DNA of 64,000 nucleotides from an uncultured Acidimicrobiales bacterium (lineage in GTDB: Bacteria > Actinomycetota > Acidimicrobiia > Acidimicrobiales > UBA8190): the NCBI GenBank assembly GCA_963731665.1, contig CAVSWP010000008.1, forward strand, positions 807,678-871,677, in the 5' to 3' direction. Under the pieces are notes generated by a model. The model was not told the origin of the DNA, made no database searches, and was given only the letters and a program-made list of their open reading frames with translations. Each line of letters starts with the position of its first letter. Position 1 is the stretch's first letter. Positions 17,013 through 27,145 of this stretch are shown here, piece by piece. The translations under genes and the position numbers were made by a program.

Positions 17013-20000
17013 TTACCGCTGGTTATCGTCAAGCAGTTGGAGTGCCCACGAAGCGCGGCGTTCGACGTTCCCATATCCGTTGACCGCTGCAGCGGACTGC
17101 GCCCTAGTGAGCAGTTCCCGAGCCCTCTCAGTGTCTCCCGGGGTACGGCGTTCGGCGAGCATCCTTCCCCACAGCAGGTCCGTACGGGTGGCGAAGAACT
17201 TTGCGCCCACACGGTCGCTGAACGCTTCCGATTGGGCGAAGTAGGTGTCCGCCTCGTTGTATCGGCCGAGGACGGCAGCGAGGCCACCGAGGAAGTGGCT
17301 GACCGGGCCTGATGTCGTGATGCTGCCAAGAACGGTCAGCTGATCGGCCCACGGAGTCAGTCGATCGAACAGCGGACCGGCGTAATTCGGGTCCCGGCAC
17401 TCGATGGCCGCGTCCGCGTAGCAAACCATTCCCGTGGTCCAGGCCTGGTCCAAGGGGAGATCGAAATCTGCGGCCGCAAACGCCGCTAGCAGGCGGCGTG
17501 CGTCAGCAGTGCGGTCCGCTTCCGCGTGGGCCGCAGCCAGGGCCGCCGTGAATACGGGGAGCCTGGGATTGTCGGTCGCTGCCTGCTCGATGAGTCGGAC
17601 CAGCTCGCCCATCGTTCCGCGTTGCATGCTCACAATCATGAACTGTCCGCCGAAGATGGTTTCGGCGTCGGGCTCGCCGCTGTCGGTTCCGATCTGGTGA
17701 GCCTCGGTGGCCAAATGCTCGGCCCGATCGGTGTCTCCGGCGATCTGCGCTCGCACGGTGCGCGTGAGGGTTTCGAAATAGTTCAATGTCGGCTGGTCGA
17801 GCTGTTCTATGAGCGACCCGCGAATCTCAAGGCAGCGGTCCAACTCGTCGATGTCGCCAGCGCGGGCGGCAGCTTCAGCTCGCCATTCTGCCGCCCAGAA
17901 GAGCTGTACCGGGTCACCGACCCGTTCGGCTCGAACCAGAGCGTCGGCCGACCAGGCCAACGACTGCTCAAGCAAAGACGGTACGCCAAGCGGGACGTTG
18001 ATATGGTTGAGGACCCGCACGATGATGGCGTCGTCACCAGAAGACTGGGCCATGCCCAGGGCCTCGTCAGCGAGGGCCTGGCGGCGTTCAAGTGGGCTCC
18101 CGAAGGCGAGTTCCGAACACAAGGTCGCGAGTACGAGCGCCCGATCAGGGCTGTCCGCCGAAAGCCGATCGACGGCCAGCTCCAGGACTGCGACCTTGTC
18201 GGCGTCGATGGCACCGGCGCCGACACTCACCCCCCGGTCGTTGGCCAGGGCGGCGGCCACAAGGCGTTCGGTGTCACCCAGGTCGGCCGCCCGGCGAGAA
18301 GCGCCGAGGAGGGTGTCGCGAAAAGCGGGGTCCCCGGTCTGGCGCTGGGCGGTGCCCAACCCGATCGCCAGGTCGATGCCCAGAACAGGATCGGGGTCAG
18401 TTGCTTGGGGGTAGAGGTCGAGGGCCTGCGCGTAATAGCGAAGCGCCTCGGCCGGGGCGAGGGCATGGAGGGCGGCGTCGCCCGCTTGTCGGGAGTAGCT
18501 GATGGCCTTGGCCAGGTCGATGGGTTGGGTGGCACGGAACCAATGACGGGCCAGTTCGCCCACCCTGTTCCCGGGGCGATCCCCGCATAGATCCTCCAAG
18601 GCTTCGGCCACCTGTCGGTGTCCACGTGCTCGGCGGTTGTGACCGAGGTCTTCATACAGCGTGTGCTGTATGAGGGCGTGGGCGAAGGCATACCGACTCG
18701 TGTCGGCAACCTCGCGTACCAGGGCCGCAGCCGCGGCGGCGTCGAGGATGTCGAGCAGATCGTCTTCCGATGTCTTTGTGGCTCTAGCTAGAAGGTCGAG
18801 GTCGAAGTCCCGACCGATGACCGCCGCCATCGACAGCACCCGTCCGGCGTCTTGTCCGAGTCGTCCGACCCGCGCCCCGATCACCACACGGACGCTGTCG
18901 GGCAGCGCCATCTGTTCGAGCGAATCATCAGCGGTCCACCGCCCCGTAGCATCTTGGTGGATGGCCCCAGTCTCCGAAAGATGACGCAACACCTCGCTTA
19001 CGAAGAAGGGGTTGCCGTCAGTCTCGCGATAGACGGCGTGGGCGAGGTCCACCCCGGCATCATCGAGTGTGTGCCCAGCGGCCGTTTCCAAAAACGACAC
19101 CACCCCGCTGTCGTCCAGGCCGACCAGCTCTACGTGAGACACACCGTGCTGTCTGTGGAGCGCCGCCAGGGTGTCAAGTAAGGGATGGAACTGCGACAAC
19201 TCGCTGTCGCGATAGGTGCCGAGGATGAGCACTCGCATGGCTTGTTCGGCCGCGGCCAGGTGTCGAAACAGCAACAAGCTGCCTTTGTCGGCCCACTGCA
19301 GGTCGTCGAGGACGATGACGACAAGCTGGTGCGCTGATGCCCTAACCAGCAGTCCCACGACGGCGGCGAAGAGCAGGTAGCGCTCTGTGTCGGAGTCGGT
19401 GGCCTTCGACGGCGGGAGGTCAGGGATGCGGCTGGCCAGAGCAGGAACCAACCGGGCCAGTTCCGACCCGTGTTCGGAGACGTGGGCGCGGAGCCGATCT
19501 TCGGGAGCCTGGGTGACGTAATGACCGAGGGCCTCGGCGAAGAGCTGGTACGGGGTGGCGAGATCTTCTTCGCAGTGACCGAACAGCACACACGCACCGG
19601 CGTCGTAGGCGGCCCTGGCCGCCTCGGCCACCAGAGTCGTCTTTCCCATGCCGGCTTCCCCCGAAACGAGCAGGACCTCGCGCCCCTCGCTCCCGGCGAC
19701 GCGCTTGGTGGCGTCGGTAAGCGCTTGCGTTTCTGCTTCGCGCCCGACCACACCGATGGTGGGACGCACGGCCAGACGACCAGGAAGTGGGATGGACGTC
19801 TCGGTGTCGGCCCCTCCGAGAGGCTCCCACAGCACCTCGACGGTCTCGACGGAGTCCGACAAGCCCTTCAGGGTCCGCTCCCCGAGTGGGCGACACTCGT
19901 GACGGCTGCGCCGACCGGCCATGGCCCGGACCACATCGGTGGCCAGGACTTGCCCGCTCTCGCAGGTGGCACATAGCCGAGCCGCCTCGACGACCGGATC

Positions 20001-20330
20001 GCCGAAGTAGTCGTCGTCCTCTTTGCTGACCTCGCCACCGCTCAGCCCGACCCGCAACCCAACCGAGTGCTCCCGGTCTCGATTGTCCCGCTCGACGCCC
20101 TGTTGCATCACCACGGCGCACGCCAGGGCAGCCGCCGCCGAACCGAAGACCACCATGAGCCCATCACCCAAGTTCTTCACCTCGGTCCCGCCTGATTCGG
20201 CGATGGCCTGGCGCAGGATCGAGAAGTGCTCCCGGCGCACCTCGTCGGCGGCCTCGGCCGACAGGCGCTGCGACAACTCCGTAGAGCCCACCTGGTCGGT
20301 GAACAGGATCGTCGCGCTCTCGGTACCCAA
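17013..20330 (-). CDS. class III adenylate/guanylate cyclase - STAND (AAA_16) NTPase - TPR protein
   Basis: N-terminal cyclase motifs ILFTDQVGSTEL and KNLGDGLMVVFGS. Walker A GEAGMGKTTL and Walker B VVIVLDDLQWAD. Long helical TPR-like C-terminus. No C-terminal LuxR-type HTH is visible. Confidence 0.85.
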   Translation of the reverse strand: MGTESATILFTDQVGSTELSQRLSAEAADEVRREHFSILRQAIAESGGTEVKNLGDGLMVVFGSAAAALACAVVMQQGVERDNRDREHSVGLRVGLSGGEVSKEDDDYFGDPVVEAARLCATCESGQVLATDVVRAMAGRRSRHECRPLGERTLKGLSDSVETVEVLWEPLGGADTETSIPLPGRLAVRPTIGVVGREAETQALTDATKRVAGSEGREVLLVSGEAGMGKTTLVAEAARAAYDAGACVLFGHCEEDLATPYQLFAEALGHYVTQAPEDRLRAHVSEHGSELARLVPALASRIPDLPPSKATDSDTERYLLFAAVVGLLVRASAHQLVVIVLDDLQWADKGSLLLFRHLAAAEQAMRVLILGTYRDSELSQFHPLLDTLAALHRQHGVSHVELVGLDDSGVVSFLETAAGHTLDDAGVDLAHAVYRETDGNPFFVSEVLRHLSETGAIHQDATGRWTADDSLEQMALPDSVRVVIGARVGRLGQDAGRVLSMAAVIGRDFDLDLLARATKTSEDDLLDILDAAAAAALVREVADTSRYAFAHALIQHTLYEDLGHNRRARGHRQVAEALEDLCGDRPGNRVGELARHWFRATQPIDLAKAISYSRQAGDAALHALAPAEALRYYAQALDLYPQATDPDPVLGIDLAIGLGTAQRQTGDPAFRDTLLGASRRAADLGDTERLVAAALANDRGVSVGAGAIDADKVAVLELAVDRLSADSPDRALVLATLCSELAFGSPLERRQALADEALGMAQSSGDDAIIVRVLNHINVPLGVPSLLEQSLAWSADALVRAERVGDPVQLFWAAEWRAEAAARAGDIDELDRCLEIRGSLIEQLDQPTLNYFETLTRTVRAQIAGDTDRAEHLATEAHQIGTDSGEPDAETIFGGQFMIVSMQRGTMGELVRLIEQAATDNPRLPVFTAALAAAHAEADRTADARRLLAAFAAADFDLPLDQAWTTGMVCYADAAIECRDPNYAGPLFDRLTPWADQLTVLGSITTSGPVSHFLGGLAAVLGRYNEADTYFAQSEAFSDRVGAKFFATRTDLLWGRMLAERRTPGDTERARELLTRAQSAAAVNGYGNVERRASWALQLLDDNQR

Positions 20331-20485
20331 GAATCACCCTCCCGCCCGGAAGTCACCAGAGTAGACGAGGACCGAAATGGCCTGCTGAGGCGACCGACGG
20401 CCTCCTCTGGGGGGTTATGGCCGAGCCCCGATCAGTTCAACGGCGTTCTCGATCACGAACGAAAGGCGAGCGGCAACGACGCGGC

Positions 20486-20627
20486 GTGTATTCATCTGGC
20501 CCGGCGCGAGATGTGCCTGATTCGGTACCGACTGGTCAGAGGGTCGGACTGCCGATGAGCTTAGGACGTACGTATTCGGGGATACCGGTAGCACCGTGTA
20601 TTCATCCGGCCAAGCGCGCTAAGTGCC
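20486..20627. repeat. two 32-bp imperfect direct repeats upstream of the cyclase-STAND gene
   Basis: GTGTATTCATCTGGCCCGGCGCGAGATGTGCC (20486-20517) versus GTGTATTCATCCGGCCAAGCGCGCTAAGTGCC (20596-20627). Confidence 0.45.
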
Positions 20628-20745
20628 GTTTGTCAGCTCCCAACCCGGAGGTGATCCTCCCTGTATCGCCGGTACGGAACATTTGCGATCTGTAGGACCT
20701 GACGAGGCCTGACTCCAGCCCGACCATGACCCAGCACGTAGCGGG

Positions 20746-20958
20746 TCACATGAAGCGCTGGGCAATCTGCCTAGCCGTGTGACTCGCGTTCCTGGCGCCG
20801 CTCATCTCCGAAGCGGTTCGGCCTTGAACGGCGTCCTCCACGGCATCTGCCAACTCCTCAACTGCCCTGGCAAGCTCGCTCAACCCGTGTTTGAGCGACC
20901 TAATGTCGGATTCTGTGTCCATCGGCGCACCGTACCCACAGGACGACCTGCCCGACAA
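20746..20958 (-). CDS. small hypothetical protein
   Basis: 70-aa ORF (possibly starting at the internal MDTESD). Helical composition, weak support. Confidence 0.3.
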   Translation of the reverse strand: MSGRSSCGYGAPMDTESDIRSLKHGLSELARAVEELADAVEDAVQGRTASEMSGARNASHTARQIAQRFM

Positions 20959-21084
20959 GAGGTTGCGGGCAGCTGAGAGGGGGCTCGGCCGATTTGCAAC
21001 GTGTGTTTGACGGGACCGGTCTGGAAGTGCGGGAGTAGTGCGCCTCCGGCTGGCCGAGAACCGCGCGCAACGTCGGGGCTCCCG

Positions 21085-21867
21085 TCACAGAGCCGGTAGG
21101 AGTTTGACCAAGGTGGCGCGATCGGAAATGGGACCTTCGGTCATGATGGATTCTGGGATCGCAGGCAGCCTTCCCCAAAGTAGAAGAAGCAGCTCGGCTG
21201 CAGAACCACCCAGCCGTGCCTCGGCTGGAAGATCATCGCGCCGCACGATACGACCACTGGCGGGAAGCGTTACCGTCCAACGATCCCCGGTGTCGAGGGC
21301 TTCGATGCGCACCGTCGGTCCAGTGGGAGCGCCTGACTGTGCTCGGCCAGTTGCCACAAAGATGTCTAGGAACTCATCTATCCCATCCGCGGCAACACTC
21401 GGATCGATCGGGTCGGCAGCCCCCGTTGCGCCCATTTGGGCGTCCCATCGGTGAACGACACATTCGTGGGCCATGCGACGTGGCCAGAAGCTCACGCGCC
21501 CTCCTGCGCCTTCGTACCAGTTCCAACACGCGTCCGTCGCCGGAGTCTTCTCCAAGGCCTCACACATACCCGCAGTACCCTGCGCGAACCAACTAAGAAA
21601 GCTCGGGTCGTCTTTCTCGGGTGAATCAAGGGTCGCAAACAGGCCGAAGTCGGCCGTCGGCCGATCGGCGATGATGCCAGCCACCACGTGATGGAGGCCG
21701 GCCACATGACGTGCGACCGTGCCGACGCTCCATCGATCAGACCATGGCACGCGTCCCATCGGCGAAGTCGCGTACGCGTCGGCGATTCGTCGCGACTCCC
21801 CACTGATCAGGTCAAGGTAGACGAATGTCATGGCTGACTCGATGCTCCCGGCATGGTCCCTTGGCAA
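21085..21867 (-). CDS. maleylpyruvate isomerase-family mycothiol-dependent enzyme (DinB/MDMPI_N fold)
   Basis: WSVGTVARHVAGLHHVVAGII, plus a downstream HECVVHRWD-type His motif typical of the TIGR03083-like family. Confidence 0.65.
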   Translation of the reverse strand: MPRDHAGSIESAMTFVYLDLISGESRRIADAYATSPMGRVPWSDRWSVGTVARHVAGLHHVVAGIIADRPTADFGLFATLDSPEKDDPSFLSWFAQGTAGMCEALEKTPATDACWNWYEGAGGRVSFWPRRMAHECVVHRWDAQMGATGAADPIDPSVAADGIDEFLDIFVATGRAQSGAPTGPTVRIEALDTGDRWTVTLPASGRIVRRDDLPAEARLGGSAAELLLLLWGRLPAIPESIMTEGPISDRATLVKLLPAL

Positions 21868-22211
21868 CCAAGCAATAGGGATAGTGGACGTTGTGGACTT
21901 GGGGCAATAGCTCCGATCAAGCTACCGTAGACCCCGCTGGCACACGCAACGCGATAATTTCAGCTAGAAGCCTTCTGCGGGACCACCCGAGACATGCCCG
22001 ATTTTGATCGGGTTGGGTCGACGACAGCGTCCAACACATGTAGCGCATGATCGGGGTTACCGAGCACGTGATTTACCCATCTGGCCGTCACGGGGTGTGC
22101 CGAGTTGCGCTACTTGGTCACCAGAGCGACCCGCCCGTAACTACGAAGAAGGCAACATAGGACAGGCTCGATCCTACTGGCCCGGACGGATGTCTCCAGA
22201 CACCCGGAGGA

Positions 22212-22673
22212 TCAATGCACGAACTGGCGATCGACGAAGCCGGCTACGAGTACCAGCCAGGCTCCGATCTCCACGGTCATCAAGCTGGACATAAAAACTC
22301 GGAGCCCCTCCCTGGCCGGTGCGAACTGGTTCTCGGTGTCCCTTCGCCACCCGTGCCATGTGTAGCCACCGACGGCCATAGCGAAATAGGCAGCCATGGC
22401 ACTTCCGGCGGCGAGGTTCACGGAGAAGTCCCACTGCCCGAACTGCACGAAGGTACTTATGAGAAGTAGAGCGAAGCTGTAGAGGAGCGCGGCACGGTGG
22501 GCGATGTCGGTGTACGGGTGGGCTCGGTGGTCTGGCGACCGCAGGATCTGTCCGTACTTGAGAGTGCCGAGCAATAGGGCCCAGAGGAACATTCCAGCGG
22601 CGAAGAGCATCACGATCTTTGTCGCATCGTGTAGGTGGTCCGTCGGGCACCTCCCTCCACCAAAGTGCCCCAT
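22212..22673 (-). CDS. membrane protein
   Basis: 153-aa ORF with 4 predicted hydrophobic helices. Confidence 0.5.
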   Translation of the reverse strand: MGHFGGGRCPTDHLHDATKIVMLFAAGMFLWALLLGTLKYGQILRSPDHRAHPYTDIAHRAALLYSFALLLISTFVQFGQWDFSVNLAAGSAMAAYFAMAVGGYTWHGWRRDTENQFAPAREGLRVFMSSLMTVEIGAWLVLVAGFVDRQFVH

Positions 22674-22866
22674 CGTGCCTTATCCGTGCGCCTCGGGGGT
22701 GGACCACCCTCGCCGGATTTCGATGACTTGCGGGAGGGATGGAACCTGACTCCGAGGACCCGGGACCCATCCTGCAAGTGCCGGTCCCGAGCCGGCGCAG
22801 GCCGGGGCCGACTGGGGCTCGGGCATCCTGTAATCGGGGCTATGCGTGGCCCGTGTTCTCAGCTGC

Positions 22867-24306
22867 GTCCGACAGGTTGCACCGGATTCGGGTAACCGGG
22901 GCGATTAGCGACCCGCGCAGTATTCGCGTCGCCTTGGGCTCAAGGGGTGAGCGCGACATCTCCTGACCTGGAGGTGTCAGATGGAGACCCGAGGACGGAA
23001 GCGCCGCTCGAGCCAAACGGATCTCGACGCGGCGGTCGAGGCGGTGCTCGCCGGAGCGAGCTATAAGAGAGCCGAGGCGTTGACGGGAGTTCCTGCCTCA
23101 ACTGTGCAGGATTACGTCGTTCGATGGGGGTTCGTGCGACGGAGCGTTCCGGTGTGCGGCACCAACAAGCGGTTCGTCGACAGGGTATCCACCTTCAGAA
23201 CGGGTCTTGGCGACGACGGTGTGGCCATGACACGCGAACGTAAGCGGCGCCCCGGCTCGCTGAGCGCGTCTGAGCGCGAGGAGATCAGGGTCGGCATCGA
23301 GGTCGGAGAGTCCGACGAAGCCATCGCCGCCCGCGTCGGCCGGCACCGCTCGACGATCTGGCGTGAGATTGCGGCCAACGGTGGGCGGGGGTGCTACCGG
23401 GCGGCAATGGCCGAAGAGCGAGCGGCACGAGCCGCCCTCCGGCCCAAGGCTCCCTGGACTGAGCAGCGCCCCTGGCTGTGGGAGGAGGTCCAGGCACTGC
23501 TGCGCACCAAGAAATGGTCGCCCGAGCAGATCGCCCACCGGTGCCGCAAGGAGCACCCCGACCGGCCAGAGTGGTGGGTGTCGCACGAGGCCATCCACCA
23601 GGCGGTCTTCGTCCAGGCCAAGGGCGAGCTGCGCAAGGAGCTCACCGCCTGCCTGCGCTCGGGCCGGGCTCGGAGACGTCCTCGTTCTCGAGCCTCCTAT
23701 GGACGAAGCGCGATCCTCGGGATGGTCAGCATCTCCGAACGCCCCGCCGAGGTCGAAGACCGGGCCGTGCCGGGCCACTGGGAGGGTGACCTCATGATCG
23801 GGGAGGGCGGCGCCAGCGCCGTCGCCACGTTGGTGGAACGCACCACCCGCATGGGCATGCTCATCAAGCTCGAGAACCGCACCGCCGAGCACGTCGCGTC
23901 GGCAGTGGCGAAGAACATCGTGCGTCTACCAGAGCACCTGGCCAAGTCCCTCACTTGGGATCAGGGGATCGAGATGGCCACCCACGCGGCGTTCAAAGTC
24001 GCCACCGGCGTCCCCGTCTACTTCTGCGACCCCCATTCGCCGTGGCAGCGCGGGAGCAACGAGAACTGGAACGGCCTCGTCCGTCAGTTCCTGCCCAAGG
24101 GAACGGACCTGTCGGTCCACTCCCAAGAGGACCTCGATGCCATCGCCGCCTTGCTCAACGAGCGCCCACGCAAGACCCTGGAGTGGGAGACTCCAGGGGA
24201 ACGATTCAACCGACTTGTCGCGGCCACCCCTTGAATCCGCCGCGACGCGAATACTGCGCGGGTCGCCAATCGGCCCGGCTACCCGAATCCGGTGCGACCT
24301 GTCGGA
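22867..24306 (+). mobile_element. IS30-family insertion sequence
   Basis: Single DDE transposase gene flanked by about 66-bp imperfect inverted repeats: GTCCGACAGGTTGCACCGGATTCGGGTAACCGG... at 22867, with its reverse complement ending at 24306. Confidence 0.85.
22981..24234 (+). CDS. IS30-family transposase
   Basis: 417-aa ORF with N-terminal HTH segments and a DDE core (HWEGDLMIG ... [10 protein letters not shown] ... [18 protein letters not shown]). Confidence 0.9.
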   Translation: METRGRKRRSSQTDLDAAVEAVLAGASYKRAEALTGVPASTVQDYVVRWGFVRRSVPVCGTNKRFVDRVSTFRTGLGDDGVAMTRERKRRPGSLSASEREEIRVGIEVGESDEAIAARVGRHRSTIWREIAANGGRGCYRAAMAEERAARAALRPKAPWTEQRPWLWEEVQALLRTKKWSPEQIAHRCRKEHPDRPEWWVSHEAIHQAVFVQAKGELRKELTACLRSGRARRRPRSRASYGRSAILGMVSISERPAEVEDRAVPGHWEGDLMIGEGGASAVATLVERTTRMGMLIKLENRTAEHVASAVAKNIVRLPEHLAKSLTWDQGIEMATHAAFKVATGVPVYFCDPHSPWQRGSNENWNGLVRQFLPKGTDLSVHSQEDLDAIAALLNERPRKTLEWETPGERFNRLVAATP

Positions 24307-24366
24307 CACAGGGAAAACACTGGGTACGCATAGCCCCGAGTATCGGGCGGCTCCCAGCCGTTGTCG

Positions 24367-24837
24367 TTAGTGCGTCGTGCTGCACACCTGATCCAGTCGT
24401 TCCAGCGTCTTGGTCATGCCGGCGAGCCATGCATTGCCGTTGTCCACGGCTTCGCGGACACTGTCGGCGGAATCCGTGCAGTCGTAGGTTTCCGTCACCA
24501 CCGTTGCGTCCGAGCTATCTGGAGTGAGGTCGAACCTCCAGCGAGATCCGTTCCTGAGGTGTTCCGGGTTTCCCGGTTCCCAGGCGATGGACCGGTCCGC
24601 ATCAAACACGACGACGCGATTGTGCATTTCGTAGTCGCCCATCGCCGTGAAGTACATCTTTGTGACGAACACGTCCCCTACGCCAACGATGACCTTGTTC
24701 TTTGCACCCCGTCGCAGCATCCCTGAGCCATCGAACTCGGGGTGTCGGTCTGGGTCGGCCAGAAGTTTGAAGATGTCGGCGGCTGGGGCCTCGATTCGTC
24801 GGGACACCGACACGGGCTTGCATTCGTCGTTTCCCAT
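24367..24837 (-). CDS. SRPBCC (polyketide cyclase/START-like) family protein
   Basis: 156-aa ORF. N-terminal VSRRIEAPAADIFKLLADPDRHPEFDGS is typical of the SRPBCC fold. Confidence 0.65.
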   Translation of the reverse strand: MGNDECKPVSVSRRIEAPAADIFKLLADPDRHPEFDGSGMLRRGAKNKVIVGVGDVFVTKMYFTAMGDYEMHNRVVVFDADRSIAWEPGNPEHLRNGSRWRFDLTPDSSDATVVTETYDCTDSADSVREAVDNGNAWLAGMTKTLERLDQVCSTTH

Positions 24838-25128
24838 CGTGCCTCTCCTAAGTCCGTTCCTGCCTCATGGGGCGTTCACCAAGGTAGCCGCCAAGGCCCC
24901 TGAGACTCAGGGGTCGACGATCTTCGATCCCTGACGCCGGTTCAGTGGCAATAGTCTTCCGTCCGATAAACGCTTGATGCTGCTTATCGCGAGCGGTGAT
25001 GAAGGACGACACAAGCTGCTCGGCATTGCCAGATCCGGGGACCCAAGCGGGGTCGGGCGGGACGGGGATGAGGATGGGGTCGATAACACCCGGCTCAGGC
25101 TGGGCGACGCTGCGTCTACGAGTGGCGG

Positions 25129-25236
25129 GTCACTCCGAAGGTGACGGGTCATCTCCAACCTGTCCCATCCGCTATCGCTCAGCGACGCAAATACTGCGCG
25201 GGTCGCCGTCCGGCCCCGTTACCCGAATCCGGTGCA
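25129..25236. repeat. solo IS30-end-related repeat (right-end type; terminus faces right)
   Basis: GACGCAAATACTGCGCGGGTCGCC...GTTACCCGAATCCGGTGCA matches the right IR of the IS at 24245-24296. A further 55 bp are shared only with 28653-28764, in inverted orientation. Confidence 0.65.
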
Positions 25237-26198
25237 GTGCTCATGCCACGGACGGATACATGGGGTACTCGGGAACCCCGCCACGCGTGGCTCCGTCTAT
25301 CGACGGCTCCATGCCAGATGCCGATCGGCACCGGCACGTCCTGTACGGCGCCACAGAGATACCGAGACGTGGGATCACCCGGGGTTGTGCGTGGGTGCCA
25401 AAAATGTCATCCGTGAATGTCATGTCTAGCTGGGTTTTGTCGTCAAGCCTTTGGGGGCAAGCCCGGCACTGCCTTGTCAGACGTTCAAGACGTCCCGTCG
25501 ACAACACCTCTGCAGTTGATGAAGAACGTACAAGGCCAAGGCGTTGGCCTGTTCGGTGTTGCCCATGTCGATGTCGAACCCCGACGCCGAAAGTCGCTGT
25601 GCCATGGGGAGTCCTGGGCGGCGTCCAACATCTCCTTGGCCCTCTGGAGAGTCGGCTTAGCTGGCGAGTAAGTCATGTAAGGGCACCCGAGCGAGGGACA
25701 CGCGACAGAACCCCATCCACATTGGAAATGACCCGCCCAGAGCCGCGTGCCTCTGTTCCATCACCCACGGCGCACACTCCATCCCGCCAACATCCAGGAA
25801 CCTACGTGTCCCCGGGGGATGAGTCCATCGGCCCCTCGGCTCGGTGCCGTGACGTGGTCAGCCCACCCCTCTCGGTCGGGATACCAGGACGACAATCCCC
25901 AACGTCGTCCTCTTGTTATCCCCATGGCCGAGGCACGAAAGTGACGCTGTTGGTCAGGGACTTGTCCCCAAGACCAACAACAACGGGGAGTCCGAGTGCC
26001 GTACTTCGACCACCCTTTCTGGCCAAGGACAAGGGAGGAGTTCTACCAGCGTCGCCATGCGGAGTTGGAGCGGGCCAGGGAGTGGGTGTTGGGCAAGTTG
26101 CAGCACCCACATGAGGGGCTTGCCGTGTGAGGGTGTTGTCCCCGAGCGACCTGTTGCCCCCCATCAGGTCGCTGGGATGACACCCCTGGCGAGGACAG

Positions 26199-26570
26199 GT
26201 GACGATGGCTGGCAGGCTCCAAGTGTCTCGGCTCCCGGGATTACTCGACCGTTACCGCAAGTGGGACATCGTGCTCGATGGCGATGTGGCCGGTTCCGTC
26301 GCCAACGGCCAGACCTGCGAGGTGCTGGTCGCTTGTGGCACCCATTCCTTGCGTGTTGGACACCGGTGGTGGGCCAGCCCGACGCGGTCGTTCACCGTCA
26401 TGGATGCGAAGACGGTCGAGTTCGTCTGCCGCCCTCGGCCTCATCCAATGATTTGGATTCCTTATGGGGTGGCCTCGCTGTACCGGAACGACCCCTTCAT
26501 CGTTCTGGAGCGCATGCCCGCGAGAAGGTCAAGATCGAGGGGCTCGTTCTCCCTCACGACTCAGCCCTGA
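26199..26570 (+). CDS. small hypothetical protein (paralog of 33886-34191)
   Basis: WDIVLDGDVAGSVANGQTCEVLVACGTHSLRV...FTV aligns with YDAEVDGERVGSVEMNDTIEIPIEAGRHTLQV...LTF. It has a hydrophobic C-terminus. Confidence 0.5.
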   Translation: MTMAGRLQVSRLPGLLDRYRKWDIVLDGDVAGSVANGQTCEVLVACGTHSLRVGHRWWASPTRSFTVMDAKTVEFVCRPRPHPMIWIPYGVASLYRNDPFIVLERMPARRSRSRGSFSLTTQP

Positions 26571-26635
26571 TCAGGTTCTAGATCGGCTTCGCATCGAGCT
26601 TTAGACCCGCCTGGATTATCGGCGGCTGCTCCGCC

Positions 26636-27106
26636 CTACGATTGGTTCGGCCTCGGTTCACTGATGGTCACCGTGCCCTGGGCAGCTCCCACGAGGCGGT
26701 CGCCATTCGTGGCGTCGATTCGGACGACGGCTGTCCGTTTCGTCAGTGAGATGACCTCTGAGCGCGCGCGCAGCACGCCGTCGCGGATAGGGGCCAAGAA
26801 GTTCACCTTTAGCTCTGTCGTGGCCGCCCAGGCGCCGCGTGGGATGAGCGGATAGAGCACAGCTCCGAGGACGTGGTCCATGAGGGCAGCCAGCACCCCT
26901 CCATGGGCAGAACCGAACGGGTTGAGCAGTTCGGGACGAATCTCAAGCTCGGCGGTCATCGTGCCCGGTCCGACCTCGGTGACATGGATGCCCAGAAACT
27001 CGGGGATTCCAGTCAAGGGCATGCTCGACACCATGGCCTCTGCCACTGCAGGGTCGTAGGTGTCGAAGGATGGTCGAGGGCTCGGTGAGCCGATGGGGTT
27101 GGGCAC
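26636..27106 (-). CDS. PaaI-family hotdog-fold thioesterase
   Basis: NPFGSAHGGVLAALMDHVLGA motif in a 156-aa ORF. Confidence 0.8.
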   Translation of the reverse strand: MPNPIGSPSPRPSFDTYDPAVAEAMVSSMPLTGIPEFLGIHVTEVGPGTMTAELEIRPELLNPFGSAHGGVLAALMDHVLGAVLYPLIPRGAWAATTELKVNFLAPIRDGVLRARSEVISLTKRTAVVRIDATNGDRLVGAAQGTVTISEPRPNQS

Positions 27107-27145
27107 AGGCTCTTTCTACTCAGCGCCGATAGGAAAGAACAAGGA

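Noticed and set aside
17526-18590. 354-aa plus-strand ORF, plus several other 100-230-aa ORFs inside 17013-20330.
   Set aside because: All are antisense or off-frame to the 1105-aa cyclase-STAND gene, which has clear motifs throughout.
24996-26114. 372-aa plus-strand ORF in the region between the SRPBCC gene and 26199.
   Set aside because: No motifs, and it reads through the solo IS-end repeat. The region looks like a decayed, gene-poor scar. A 44-aa ORF at 25996-26130 (VPYFDHPFWPRTREEFYQRRHAELERAREW...) is possible but unsupported.
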